From the NCBI GenBank assembly GCA_963825865.1, contig CAWGVG010000049.1, positions 1-62,704 on the forward strand: a stretch of DNA of 62,704 nucleotides. The letters are read 5' to 3'. The first letter of the stretch is position 1. Each line of letters begins with the position of its first letter. Origin of the DNA: an uncultured Nitrososphaeraceae archaeon (lineage in GTDB: Archaea; Thermoproteota; Nitrososphaeria; Nitrososphaerales; Nitrososphaeraceae). The position numbers were made by a program, and so were the translations under genes. Below the pieces are notes generated by a model. That model did no database searches. It had not been told where the DNA came from and saw only the letters and a list, made by a program, of their open reading frames with translations. Shown one piece after another: positions 22,190 through 34,299 of the stretch.

Positions 22190-22966
22190 GCATAGCTTTA
22201 TGTCCTCTGCATGCAGTATCTGTACATGATTATCCATCCATTGAGTTACCGCAATCCCAAATGCTGAACTCCCCCATGCAGGATCTATACCCATTGATTT
22301 AGAACTAAAGTATGAAGAACCAATAGCGTCAGGATCGTATTTCCTTCCTTTCTCTATTGCTGCTTCTATGTCTTTTGTGTGGAATACATTACCTATTTTA
22401 CCATGATATTTTAGGTTGTATTCCCGTTCAAATGAGGGTGATTGTTTAGCTCTTTTTTATCTTGGCGGTATATTTTGCCAATTCCATAAGTATAATCCAA
22501 GAATATGCGTTTGTACAAACAAGTGTCTTCAGACTCTTTTTCTATTCTTTCAAACAAACCATCAGGTGCATTAGGAGTTGAAACCATCACAATATATGGA
22601 TTTGATTTTGCAATGTACCTCTCGCTTACATCCCTAGCATCTTGCTGCTGTCCTGGAGGAAAGAAATCAGCTTCGTCTAACAGTATGAAGGATACGTTAG
22701 GTAGACCACGCATTGCATCTAAATGATGCGAGGGAAATGCTTAAAGAATCATTTTCATAGTCATATAGAGGCTTATCAATTCCATCTTTCTGAGGCAGTC
22801 CAATAATGTGATTAAGGCAGCAACATCCTTTTGTTCTTATGTCTTCTTGCTTCTGTTCTTCAATATTCCATATCCAAAATGGTTTACCCTTCAGTATTTC
22901 GCTTAACCGAGATTGCTGCTGTGTTGTTGCTAAGCAAACTATTTTCTTTAGATCTTTGAAAGTCAC
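22190..22966 (-). pseudogene. terminase large subunit-like ATPase/nuclease, internally deleted and frameshifted
   Basis: Walker B FILLDEADFF, motif III MVSTP, FEREY, nuclease start MGIDPAWGSSAFGI; Walker A region missing. Confidence 0.8.
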
Positions 22967-23275
22967 TCTTCGACTAGTTATACATTTACATTGGCCGCAT
23001 TAGAAACTTTCGATTTGCAATATAATTAAACGTATGTTACTTAAGACTAGAATCTTGATTGATTTAAGATGTAAGAAGGTTAGAAGAATGATAATCAATT
23101 ATGATCCACAGGTTTGATAAGTACTGTCATTATTCTTCAGCTAACCTAGATAAAAATTTGATATAACAGACCAGATTAGTCGATTTGTGCTATCGATGTT
23201 ATCTGTAATACATAGATTATCCTAACAGTATAATGGTGCATCAGGATCAAGAAATGTCTTATATAGTACACAGAT

Positions 23276-25315
23276 ATGAATACTACATTGTCAGAAGGGA
23301 ATTTAGTAGAAAAATCACCAGTTTCGGATAACAGTGGAGATACTACTTATAATGAATGGCATACTGGATATATTCAAGGCAATACTTTTCACCAGAAGGA
23401 AGTCAAGTACAAAATAATTGATGATATGGCGATTTTTCAAGGGGATATTATTCTTGCCAAAACTCCAGAACACCTAGAAAAGCTTAGTCAAAAGCCTAAG
23501 GTGCAAAGCGAACAGGAACCACCTGCAGCAAGACATGTATCTGTAAAGGCCATTGTAAGACATGGGGATGAGCTTCGTTGGCCACGTGGAGAGATACCTT
23601 ACGTAATTCAAAATACACTTCCAAATCAAGAGCGCGTTAATGATGCAATCAAACATTGGGAGGAGAGAACACCAATGCGCTTTATTCAGCGCAATGATAA
23701 CAACGCTCGAATTACCCAAACTACGTCTCAATTATACAATATGTTCGCAAGCCAAACGAAAGATCAGACCTTTTTCATTGCTCATCAGCCATTGGGATGC
23801 AAAACTGGGGAGAACAGAATATAATTATATCTGATCAATGTGTTACTGGCGATGCAATACATGAGATTGGACATACAGTAGGACTTTGGCATGAGCAAAG
23901 CAGAAGTGACAGAGATGATAACATAAGAATTCTAACTATTAATATTGAGCCCAAAGACATACAGAATTTTGACAAACATTTTACAGATGGTGATGATGTA
24001 GGGGAATATGACTACTGCTCAATAATGCATTATGGTACGAATTTCTTCTCTAAAAATGGACTTCCAACAATAGAACCAATAAAACCGTTAAATGGTTGTG
24101 TATTAGGACAAAAGAACGGACTAAGTAATGGAGATATAGGCAGCAGTTATTGAAATGTATGGAAATACATCTCCTACCATATTGAAAAATGCTGATGGTA
24201 GGCTGGAAGTAACTCATAGTACGTTCGGATGGCTATTTGTACCGTAAACTACAGATGGCAGCAAATAGTAGTAGTGGATGGGATAAGGAATGGAATTCAT
24301 TGGAACTGCGAGCAACGTTTTTCTTCTGGCCAGAAACCTACAATAGTAAAGAATTCTGACGATACTCTAGACGTCTTCTGGGTTGATGTTGGAAACCTAA
24401 ATCATGCTTACCAGAGTGCACCAAATGGTTCATGGAGTAATGAGAATCTTCATGAAAGTTATGGACAAGGATACCTTGGTGCTCCTGTAATACATGATGT
24501 TGGTAGTAGATTAGATGCCTTTTGGCTAAACCACGACGAATGGAGAACACTCCATCATGCACGGCGAGACACATTGTCAAACCGTAGATTTAGTTCTACG
24601 CAGGTTTTAGGAGGACCAACGTGGTCTCCTAACAGAAAACCTGCTGTAGCACAAAATGCTGATGGTAGGCTGGAGATATTTATAACAGGTCTGGATAGAC
24701 AGCTATACCACAAATGGGAGGAAACTACACCAAATAATAGTAACCAATGGTCTAACTGGACTTCACGGGGAGGACCCTTACTAGCTGATCCTGTGGTAGC
24801 TCGTAACACGGATGGTAGGCTGGAGGTATTCGCAGTATTTGGTAATAATAGGGCACTATGTCATAGATGGCAGACTACAAGAGTCAAAGATAACACTGGC
24901 AAAGACACTGACGAGTGGAATTGGTCTAATGGATGGGATAGCTTGGGAGGATATTGGTCTGCTCGTAAAACACCCGCAGTAGCATTGAACGCAGATGATA
25001 GATTGGAGGTATTTATGATGGGTAAAGAAGACCAACTGTATCATACATGGCAGACTACAAGAGATACCAGGTACTGATAGATATGATTGGTATTCCGAGT
25101 GGGAAATGATTAAAAAAACGAAAAAAACTCCAGATGGAAAAACTGAAATTGAAAAGTGGCCGCTAAGCGGCAATCCTGCTGTGGGGCGTAATCCTAACGG
25201 TACATTAGATGTATTTATGATAGATAAATATGGAAATGTCAACCATAGATGGCAGACTACAAAAAATAACGGTCCTGGCAAGTGGAATTGGTCTGATGAT
25301 TGGCAAATAATATAA
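23276..25315 (+). pseudogene. astacin (M12A) metallopeptidase fused to Trp-rich lectin-like beta-propeller repeats; several frameshifts
   Basis: HEIGHTVGLWHEQSRSDRD, Met-turn SIMHY; repeats PAVAxNxDGRLEVF...LYHxWQ...WSxWxSLGG. Confidence 0.88.
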
Positions 25316-25337
25316 TTTCATTGTGCTTGCATAAAAT

Positions 25338-25455
25338 TCAGAAAACTTGATTTATTGTCGTCTCACCAGTTTGCTCTTCCTGCTCTTCCTCTAACTGATC
25401 TTTGTCTTCATCGTAATCAGGTTCGTTTGCTTCTTTCTCATCCTCATTGCTATTA
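25338..25455 (-). pseudogene. acidic C-terminal tail resembling the HTH (small-terminase-like) family
   Basis: SNEDEKEANEPDYDEDKDQLEEEQEEQTGETTINQVF*. Confidence 0.45.
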
Positions 25456-25928
25456 CCTAGTGACTTATAGTGTCAGCTTATTTGGTTTTTTAAGATAGCA
25501 ACATACATTTTTGTCCTACGTAGAATATCATCAACGCTGTCTTTTGTCAATACACGTCGTCTGCTACGTCCAAAAAAGCAGCATCAAGTCACCACCCAAA
25601 GTCCATAGAAGATGTTGTAAGTTTAGTAGTAGATGGTGAGATGATGCAGAATACGTAATCATATTGTGCATGACTATCTAAGAGATACCATTGTATCAAC
25701 TTACAGAGAGTGCACCTATTGTAAAAGTAGAACACAATTTGCATGCATCAAGTGTGGATATTGCTACAGCTGACCACTGGAAGAAAGAGGAATTGGACAA
25801 AGTTCGATCAGAGTCCTTAGCAACTACTGCTAACTCTGCATTTTTAGAGAAACATTCGCAGGCTGCGATAATAATAGCAGAACAATCATCATCACAGCAG
25901 TCAGCGACAACAACAACAGCAAACAAAA

Positions 25929-26114
25929 GTTATTGATGTATGTGGTCAACAAATAGAACCAATCTGCAACTATCGTACATGCCATCACATATTTTCAGTT
26001 CATGGTCACAATACTCACATATGCAAATGCCGCCATCCCATCAATTATACTATAGGAGTATCCTCAATATCGCCATTAACTAAAGAAGAGAGAGGTTCTA
26101 GGATATATGATTAG
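25929..26114 (+). pseudogene. Cys/His-rich small domain, probably frameshifted from ORF 25691-25936
   Basis: EPICNYRTCHHIFSVHGHNTHICKCRHPINYTIGV. Confidence 0.5.
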
Positions 26115-27399
26115 AAAGATAGTACATTATTATGATCAAAAACATTTGTATTACAAAGATAAAGGTCGGAATTTCATATATTATTATGTATGTCTCTCAT
26201 GAAAACTCTAATTTATTTTTTTAATATATTAAAGATACAAGAAGATAACGAAATTTATAGAAATGCGTTGGCACTTGTACAAAAAATTCCAATAAAATCT
26301 GTAAATGTAGATCGTGATAGCAACGACAATGATAGTAATGAATGGATTAGTGCTATGAAGACTATAGCATATGCATATTCTTCACTAAAATAATACTACT
26401 TCCTATATCTTTTCCCAATCACAAATGTCTGACTTTCTGACCTTATCTGCAAAGGGTATAGAAGAGAAAAGAATGAGTTCAGAAATAATAGACAATTTAA
26501 TCTTCAAGATTTATAGAGATATTATGGAAAATTATCAGGAATTTAGTCAAAATTTAAAGTCAAACTACCCTGGAATTATTGTTGACGTTATCTCTATTAT
26601 TAACCAAGGTATGGATACTAAAGGAACCAAAGTAAGTTCAATTAGTATTGGGAGATACTACCAATCAAGAAAGCAGCAAGCAACAATGAGTAAAGAAGAA
26701 CGGGAAGAGGAAGGGAAAACTCCAGCAACAGTAACAGCAACAACAGCAGCCGCTATCCATAAAATGAAAGCCCATTACTATCATTGTACTCAAAGAATGA
26801 CCTTGTTGAAAGTCTTTCCCAAATAACAAATAGAGGAAGAAAAGAGATACAAGAATCACTTGCAAGATTGCAAGATTCAGACCTAAAACGGATAAGTGAA
26901 CTATGCCACAACTATAGTAGATTACAACACTATAGCAAAATAATAACAAAAGAAGGCTCACAAGAACAATTTAAAAAAGAAATACAAAGAGACTAGGAAG
27001 AAAGCTGAGATTTCATCAACTTGGACGAGCTGCTAACTCTATAAGAAGAGCTCGAACCTATATTGAGAATATACTTGATAATAAATTCATACCTGATGCA
27101 TCGCATGGTATTAATCATGTTAAACATAACCTTGAGTATGGTTATCAGTTGATGAATCTAATTGAGCGTACAAGAAGAAGACAAAGGATTCAATAACAGC
27201 TACAGTAGCCAAAGGTATTATTTATTTTAGTTTTCATCTATTGTAGTCTGTAACTGTAGAATCAAAAGAAATAAGACTATTCTAGCCGGTACAACCATTG
27301 TTGATAGAAAAGCCAGTTCTCTTGTTGTGAAGGACACCTGTAGCAGGAGTACAGACCCAGTCGCTACTACTACCGCCGCATTCGGGTCCGAAGGATTTC

Positions 27400-27483
27400 C
27401 ATTGATTGTATTTTTTAGCGTGCCTCTCTATAGTGTAATTTGTTTACAACGTGTGACCGGTCACACGGTCACACGCTCAAAGT
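27400..27483. repeat. ~80-bp palindromic dispersed element, copy 1
   Basis: TTTTTAGCGTGCCTCT...GTGTAATTTGTTTACAACGTGTGACCGGTCACACGGTCACACGCTCAAAG. Confidence 0.9.
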
Positions 27484-27510
27484 GTTATATCCTAGGACAT
27501 AGAGAGAGTT

Positions 27511-27810
27511 TTAATTAGATACGTTTCTGTGAACCATTGCTGTTAATCCGCTTGATCTAAGTATATACTTGAAGATTACAACTAATGTCATAGCTCTTAA
27601 ATTGCCTTCTATTCTATGTCCAAGCAAAAACAATCCAATTGCCATAGACCACAAAATAACACCATTTACAGGATTTGTATGCAAGCCAAACAAATCGCCT
27701 AAAATTAAGGCTATTCCTGTAACATAAAAAGGGGATCCTATGCAATGTAAAATTCTATTAATTGGATGTCTGTGACTACTCTTTATTGCTTTAATAAGGC
27801 TGAAAGGCAT
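27511..27810 (-). CDS. DUF962/Mpo1-like small membrane protein
   Basis: SHRHPINRILHCIG...LFLLGHRIEGN. Confidence 0.75.
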   Translation of the reverse strand: MPFSLIKAIKSSHRHPINRILHCIGSPFYVTGIALILGDLFGLHTNPVNGVILWSMAIGLFLLGHRIEGNLRAMTLVVIFKYILRSSGLTAMVHRNVSN

Positions 27811-28075
27811 TTGTGAATATCTTATAGATTTATTATCCTATATGCCTATAAATTAAGCAACATCCTATAGCCATAATTCTTACATCCTTGTCTCCTTTCT
27901 GTAATGGTTATAGCAGTGCCTCCAGTAACCTATAAAATAACTCTTCTAACCTATGACAACGAAGTATTGTTGTTGTAGGTTCGGAGACTGCGGAGTTACT
28001 TCCTGTATGTAAGGGTCTTTCTTAAACAATACCTATAATCACAAATATATCATATTTCCCAATTGCATATATTAT

Positions 28076-28549
28076 ATGAGAATTTTGAATGCTAGCCCGG
28101 GATTTGGAGCGCCATTAACAGAGAGTGAGGTTATCAACTTTTTGACAAACAGCAAATTAAATATTCATATTGGTACACTTGATAAGAAAGGAGAGCCAAA
28201 TATACATCCAACATGGTATTACTTTGATAGTAACGATAATAGATTTTACATTGAAACATCTAAGCAGTCAAGAAAAACAGAAAACATGGACACAAATAAT
28301 ATCATTTACTATTGTGTTGATGATCCTAGCCCTCCATACAAAGGAGTTAGAGGTAAGGGAAAAGTCAAAATTCATGAAGACATCAGTCATAATATCCCTA
28401 TAGCTGAAAAGATAATGATCAGATATCTCGGAAGTCTTGAGCACCCAATGGCAAAAGTTCTTATGAGTAGTGTTAAGAATGGAGATTCAATTATTTTAGA
28501 AATATCTCCTAGTTATTATTCAACTTGGGATTATAGCAAAAGGAAATAG
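28076..28549 (+). CDS. pyridoxamine 5'-phosphate oxidase-like (split-barrel flavin/F420-binding) protein
   Basis: IGTLDKKGEPNIHPTWY...SRKTEN...YKGVRGKG...TWDYSK. Confidence 0.88.
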   Translation: MRILNASPGFGAPLTESEVINFLTNSKLNIHIGTLDKKGEPNIHPTWYYFDSNDNRFYIETSKQSRKTENMDTNNIIYYCVDDPSPPYKGVRGKGKVKIHEDISHNIPIAEKIMIRYLGSLEHPMAKVLMSSVKNGDSIILEISPSYYSTWDYSKRK

Positions 28550-28647
28550 CAGGAAGATAATAAACATACTTGCTAGGTACGTAATATGCATACTATGGTC
28601 TACTCCTCGTATAGGGGGCTATTGCAACTTGATCGCATGATATTTTT

Positions 28648-28723
28648 ATTATATTTTTAGTGTGCCTCTCTGTAGTGTAATTTGTTACAGCATGTGACCG
28701 AGTCACAGTCACAAGCTGAAAGT
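28648..28723. repeat. ~80-bp palindromic dispersed element, copy 2
   Basis: TATTTTTAGTGTGCCTCT...GTGTAATTTGTTACAGCATGTGACCGAGTCACAGTCACAAGCTGAAAG. Confidence 0.9.
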
Positions 28724-28806
28724 ATTTCCGACCCAGAGAGACGGCTAAAATTTTAGTGAGAAAAATGAAAAAATGTATCTTTTAATGATGATGAATATGT
28801 GATTAT

Positions 28807-29372
28807 ATGACCGTAATAGTAGTAGATGAGGCAAAGCTAGGTAGCAACAAAATCCTTAGACTTGTTAAAGGATATATCACAGAAAGAGATGTCGATGTCA
28901 TAGTAAATGCTGCAAATTCTTATCTAAAACATCGTGGAGGAGTTGCAGCTGCCATAGTAAGAAAGGCTGGAGCAATAATTCAAGAAGAAAGCGACAGGAT
29001 AGTAGCAGGAGGCTTTGTCCCGGTTGGTTGAGCAGTGATTACTACAGCTGGAAAATTACCATGTAAGGCAGTAATACATACAATCGGTCCAAGTGTGGGT
29101 GAAGGTGATGAAGATAATAAGCTACTAGAGCAGTTCAAAGTACTCTGGCATTAGCTGCAGGAAAGGAGTTCAAAAGTATTTCAATGCCAGCAATAAGTTC
29201 TGGAATATTTGGTTTTCCTAAAGATAAATGTGCAAAGATACTTGTAGAAGAATCAAAAAGGTTTCTTGTAGAAAATAAATCTTCTCTTGAATCTATAGAA
29301 TTTTGTATATTTGATAATGAGATTCCATATTGCTTTGAAACTGAATTTGTTAATGTCAATGATATAAAATGA
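28807..29372 (+). pseudogene. macro domain (ADP-ribose binding/hydrolase) protein; internal TGA and frameshift
   Basis: [50 protein letters not shown]. Confidence 0.9.
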
Positions 29373-29624
29373 AATGAAATGTAGATAATGACCTTCTAAG
29401 GCTATCTGCTAACCAATTCTATATCTATTGGTAAGACAACACAAACATCATCAACAACAACAACATATACTCAATCATTTTGGACAAAAGGTGTGCCAAT
29501 GCCGCCTACACCAAGAACAGAAGTTATTACCTTATCGATATGGTCATACTATAGTTGGATAAAACAGTATGCTTAAATGCAGTTCACAAGGTAGTTTTAT
29601 GCATTTTTGTTCTAACAGAAAAAC

Positions 29625-31052
29625 CTACCACCATTGATTTACTATACAGTCTAGCAACGTTCCGTCGAATGTTATTATCCCATACTCATACTTTTCTGTC
29701 GTATCTGAATCTCTACGCTGCAAATAAAAATCTCTATTTCTTGTATTGTCGTCTTTACCTAATTTTTGAAAAGCTGTTTCCTTATAGGAGTGTGCAGAAT
29801 GATAATTCGGATCGATCTCCAAAGCTTTATCATAAGATATTATAGCTTCCTCATATCTGTCTAAGAAGTAAAGAATCTCGCCTTTACTTTTCCAGATATA
29901 TGGATTGTCTGCGTATTTTGAGTTATGCTCTAAAGCCTTATTTATGCAGTCTAAGGCTTTCTCCATCCTTTCTCTTTCATCGAATCCATCCATACCACAT
30001 CTCCTATCTGATTTATACGCAAGAGTATAACAAAGTTGAAGCCATACATCTGCTGAGTTATTTTTATAATTTGAATTGATTTCACTGGCCTTATCATAGC
30101 ACTTGATGGCGTCATCCCATCTACCCCATCCTTCATGAATCAAACCTTTCTTAATCCATGCCTTTGCATGATTCGGATTTATCTCTATTATCTTATCGTA
30201 GCAGTTCATCGCCTCAATTTCATGATTAATACATTCATCTCTGGACTCATAGGCATCGAGAAGGAATAAGCCTTTGTTATACAATAGCTCTATATTATTA
30301 TTATTATTTGGATTTTTCTTGACAGCCTTATCATAAGATTCAATGGCTTCATTACACAATATCCTTGAAGTATAAGGCGTTTTCCTATTTACCTCTACTA
30401 TTTTATCATAACATTTAATGGCCTCATCGTATCTTTTCAATTCATAAAAAGTATTACCTCTTTCATGCCATATCGTAGCGTCATCATCATTTGGATTTAG
30501 TTCTTTTACCTTATCATAACATTGCTGCGACTCTTCATATTTTTTTAAAAAGCAAAGAATATTGCCTTTTCTATTCCACGCTTGAATATTATTTGGATTT
30601 ATTCCTAATACTCTATGATACCATACAAGAGATTCTTTATATTTTTTTAAAGTATAAAGAGTATTGCTCTTGCCAACACAGGCTTCAAAATTATTTGGAT
30701 CCGCCTCTATTACTATATTATAGCATTCTAAAGCTTCATAATAATATTCGTACTTTTTATGAAACGTGCCTAACTTGATAATAGCATCAAGTTTGCATTT
30801 CAATATTTCAGGATAGTCAATGTTACTTATCTTGAGAGCTTTGTCATAGCAGTTTATACCTTCATCGTATTTTTCCAGTCTACAAAAAGCATCACCTTTT
30901 TTCTTCCATGCTTCAAATAGATTTGAGTTTATTTGGATAGCTTTATCATAACGCTCAATAGCTTCTTTATATCTGCATCTATCGTAAAAGGTATTGCCTC
31001 TTCTATACCATTTCGATCCTTTAACTGGTATAGCAGCATCCGAATCGGCCAT
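29625..31052 (-). CDS. TPR repeat protein (475 aa)
   Basis: Many W..KG..L..L..YEEAI.CYDKA.EI.P repeats. Confidence 0.88.
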   Translation of the reverse strand: MADSDAAIPVKGSKWYRRGNTFYDRCRYKEAIERYDKAIQINSNLFEAWKKKGDAFCRLEKYDEGINCYDKALKISNIDYPEILKCKLDAIIKLGTFHKKYEYYYEALECYNIVIEADPNNFEACVGKSNTLYTLKKYKESLVWYHRVLGINPNNIQAWNRKGNILCFLKKYEESQQCYDKVKELNPNDDDATIWHERGNTFYELKRYDEAIKCYDKIVEVNRKTPYTSRILCNEAIESYDKAVKKNPNNNNNIELLYNKGLFLLDAYESRDECINHEIEAMNCYDKIIEINPNHAKAWIKKGLIHEGWGRWDDAIKCYDKASEINSNYKNNSADVWLQLCYTLAYKSDRRCGMDGFDERERMEKALDCINKALEHNSKYADNPYIWKSKGEILYFLDRYEEAIISYDKALEIDPNYHSAHSYKETAFQKLGKDDNTRNRDFYLQRRDSDTTEKYEYGIITFDGTLLDCIVNQWW

Positions 31053-31454
31053 CTTTCCATCAGTTATTTAATGAACGTAATTTATTTATTTTTTCACACA
31101 TGCAAAGTCAGTTCAACTACAGACCAAGATGCCTTCTTGTACATGCAATCAAAAACATAATCCAAAGTTATGATGTGATATTTATTTTGGTGTCCATACG
31201 CAGCCATATTATTTTGTTATCCTAAAAGAATCAACTATTTTTTGTGCAGTTGGCAAGAATGTATTGTAATATGCCGCATCGCCATCAAATGAAAGCCAAT
31301 ATACTATACCATTCTTTATAGTAAAAATGTTCATTTCGATTATTTTTGGTCGTGAGGGATAGCTGATGCAATTACCATTTTTTCCCAGGGTAACCTGAAA
31401 GAGTAGCCATAATTAGTATCCGCTATTAGTGGAACTATAAAAAAGAAGTCCTCC

Positions 31455-31623
31455 TGGGGATCTGAATGATCTTAAGGCAAACAAAAATGTTACTTACTGT
31501 TCTGGCGGATATAGAGGAAATATGGTTGCAGAGGAGTTAAACAAGCAAGGATTTGATGCTGTAACTATTGAAGGAGGCTATTCTGCTTGGAAAGACGAAG
31601 AGATAAAGACAAAAATAGAATGA
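31455..31623 (+). pseudogene. rhodanese C-terminal fragment
   Basis: VTYCSGGYRGNMVAEELNKQGFDAVTIEGGYSAWK. Confidence 0.8.
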
Positions 31624-31927
31624 AGAATAAGATTGTCGAAGACTTGGAAGCTGAACCAGAGCTCGAAAAAGTACAAGAAGAGCAACAACAACAGCCTGTT
31701 CCAGTAACGCAGTGAATTATCTAATCCAGACAGATAGACTTAACGATATGGCATAAAAAAACAATTCCTAATTTCTTTTTTGAATAGCAGAATAACAATT
31801 TTGGGTTTGGTGTAGGTAAGGAGATAATGAATATATTCTCTTCATACCAGTAGATTATGTTCTCCTTTGTTCAATCAAGAATTGAACTATTTTAGTATAT
31901 GGAAAATCAACTATGATCAATAGAATA

Positions 31928-31996
31928 ATGAAAACATAAAGCCCCTGTTTAAGGTAGTTGGAATGTATTGCACTTCATGCAAACCAATTGTAGTTA
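31928..31996 (+). pseudogene. heavy-metal-associated (HMA) domain stub, cut at repeat copy 3
   Basis: LFKVVGMYCTSCKPIV. Confidence 0.7.
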
Positions 31997-32001
31997 ATTT
32001 T

Positions 32002-32083
32002 CATTGATTATATTTTTAGTGTGCCTCTGTGGTGAAATTTGTTTACAGCATGTGACCAAGTCACATAGTCACACGTTGAAAGA
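32002..32083. repeat. ~80-bp palindromic dispersed element, copy 3
   Basis: TATTTTTAGTGTGCCTCTGTGGTGAAATTTGTTTACAGCATGTGACCAAGTCACATAGTCACACGTTGAAAG. Confidence 0.9.
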
Positions 32084-32323
32084 TTTTTAACTCCACAGCA
32101 GTGTTTCATTTTTCTTTTGATTATTTATCCACCTAATAAAGAACTTAATTCTTCCTAGATAGTCGTCTTTAATTCTCACTTTATAATTTCTCTACTGCGA
32201 CAATAAATCAACATATGGTGTCGAGTTAGCTTGTAAATACAAAAGAATGATAAAAACAGAGTGCATATATACACAGCAGCAAGATTCTGTTTCTAATAGC
32301 ATGGACTCTTCATTATCAAAAGA

Positions 32324-33075
32324 GTGACTTTTGGCGCTATAAAGGCAGATGCCAAATCAGTCAGAGAAATTCTTGACAAAAACAAGTACGAAATAGATGT
32401 TTTCCAGCGTGAGGACATGTGGCAGCGAAAGCAGATAGAAGATTTGCTAGGCGACCTTACAACAAAATTTTTGTCAAAGTACAACCGCTTGCATGAAAGA
32501 AAGGAGGTCCAGAACTATCCAACCTATTATCTGGGTTCTATTATTATGAGTTTAAAGGAAGGACGACGTTCTATCATTGACGGCCAGCAAAGACTTACAT
32601 CAATTACACTTCTTCTTATTTATCTCAAAAATCTAAAAGATACTCGGATGGACAAAGTTATCGTCGACGACTTGATATTTTCAGAAAAATATGCACAAAA
32701 AACTTACAATATTCAAATAGAAGACAGAAATGAGTGCATAGATGCATTATACAACGACCAAGACTATGACTACATAGGCAAGGGTGATTCAGCGAAGAAT
32801 ATTGTGGAGAGATATCAAGACATAGAAGAGCTCTTTCCAACCGAGTTGAGAGATGACGGTACTGCCATTCTTTATTGATTGGTTGATCGAAAATGTGATT
32901 TTTGTTGAAATCAATACTTACTCTGACGAGGATGCTTACATTATCTTTGAAACCATGAATGACCGAGGTTTGAATCTTCAACAGATATGCTCAAAGGATA
33001 TTTGCTCTCTCATATAGACACTCAAGAAAGGAAAAATGATCTCAATGAACTCTGGAAAAGGCGGATCGGCGAATG
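32324..33075 (+). pseudogene. DUF262 (GmrSD-type restriction) protein, frameshifted and truncated
   Basis: FQRE.MW, YYLGSII, IIDGQQRLTSI, then IFETMNDRGLNL in a shifted frame; HNH half absent. Confidence 0.88.
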
Positions 33076-33087
33076 TCAATGTTCTAT

Positions 33088-33350
33088 CTATCTATTGTTC
33101 CTTGCAATAAATAGATTTTGAGGATCAGCAGAATCAACAGCAAGCCCATAAAGGTAATGATGATGCCTCAAACCATCTGTTAGTCTGCTCCATGATTCTC
33201 CGTAATCAAAGATTTCAAAATATCCGTCACCTGCAGAAGAATACAGACGTTTAGGTGCTTTTGGATGAGTGGCTAGGGTATGAGTGTCGTATGGGCCCTC
33301 TTCAATTTTGTCTATCCAAGTTTTACCCCCATCGTGACTTTGCACTACCA
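33088..33350 (-). pseudogene. BNR/Asp-box beta-propeller fragment
   Basis: SHDGGKTW and DYGESW Asp-boxes. Confidence 0.7.
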
Positions 33351-33489
33351 TCAGCATTTACATACACATTAAAGATGTTATGACATTCCTCTTTGGATGC
33401 GCCCCATCACCATTCTTCTCCAAATGTCATAACTCCAAGACATAGTTCAGAAACTCAAAGCCCCCTTTACCCAATAAATGACACTTCAT
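33350..33489 (-). pseudogene. aldo/keto reductase N-terminal fragment
   Basis: MKCHLLGK/..VSELCLGVMTFGEEW*WGASKEECHNIF. Confidence 0.75.
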
Positions 33490-34087
33490 ATATCATAGCA
33501 TTCTCCAGGGAGCATATGTTAGTTTGTGGGAAGATGACTGCATCCTATAATCGATAAGATAATCTACTGCAGCTATTTAATAAAATCCATTAACATAAAG
33601 AGCAATAAAAAGCAGACTGACTGATTGTTTTGTGCAGTCAATTTTTTTCTTTCAAAAACAAATTGATTTACATGAGACGATATAATAATGGCTACAACAA
33701 CTATCAAACATAACAAAGAACAGCATCCTAAGGAACATGACTACTTAGAAGGTGTTGCATGGGCGATTTTATGGGCCTATCACTTGCCATAATAATATTA
33801 TCTTGGATCTTTATTGGGCATATAGGACCATCGAACTCCTCTGATACCATGATAAAACGAACAGATATCTCTAAGGCGTCAGTATGGCCCTGCCAAAACC
33901 GGTAATTAGAGATCCAAAATTGTTAGAAATTGCTCCTTCCTTAAGACCATCGTCAATACGAAATTGTATTCCAGCTGCTTTTTGTTAGCAGCGGCAATTA
34001 CACAACCCATAGATTCTATCTACAGTAACAACATCATCAACTTTATGTTTTTCTAATTCAGGTTCAGTGGATGATGACTTGTATCTA

Positions 34088-34150
34088 CAGCTTTTGTGAT
34101 TTTATGAACGAAGGGTTGGCACCGTCAATGTATACTTTGTCTAGGCCAAT
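34088..34150 (-). pseudogene. short terminase-like nuclease-domain fragment
   Basis: LDKVYIDGANPSFIKSQKL, homologous to KVFVDGSQPGFIRSLK at ~38570. Confidence 0.6.
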
Positions 34151-34299
34151 TTGACCTGATTTTTAGGCTCATATGGAACAGATTATGCCTAGGGATATAG
34201 GTTCATATGTCAACCGTATTAGGATTAGAACAATTCCCTTAACACTCATGATCCAAAAATTCTTGGTTCTTTATTGGCATATATCATTAGAGTTATCTC

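Noticed and set aside
22190-22966. Intact provirus around the terminase-like gene
   Set aside because: The gene is internally deleted, neighbours are unrelated, and no portal, capsid, tail or att pair is visible.
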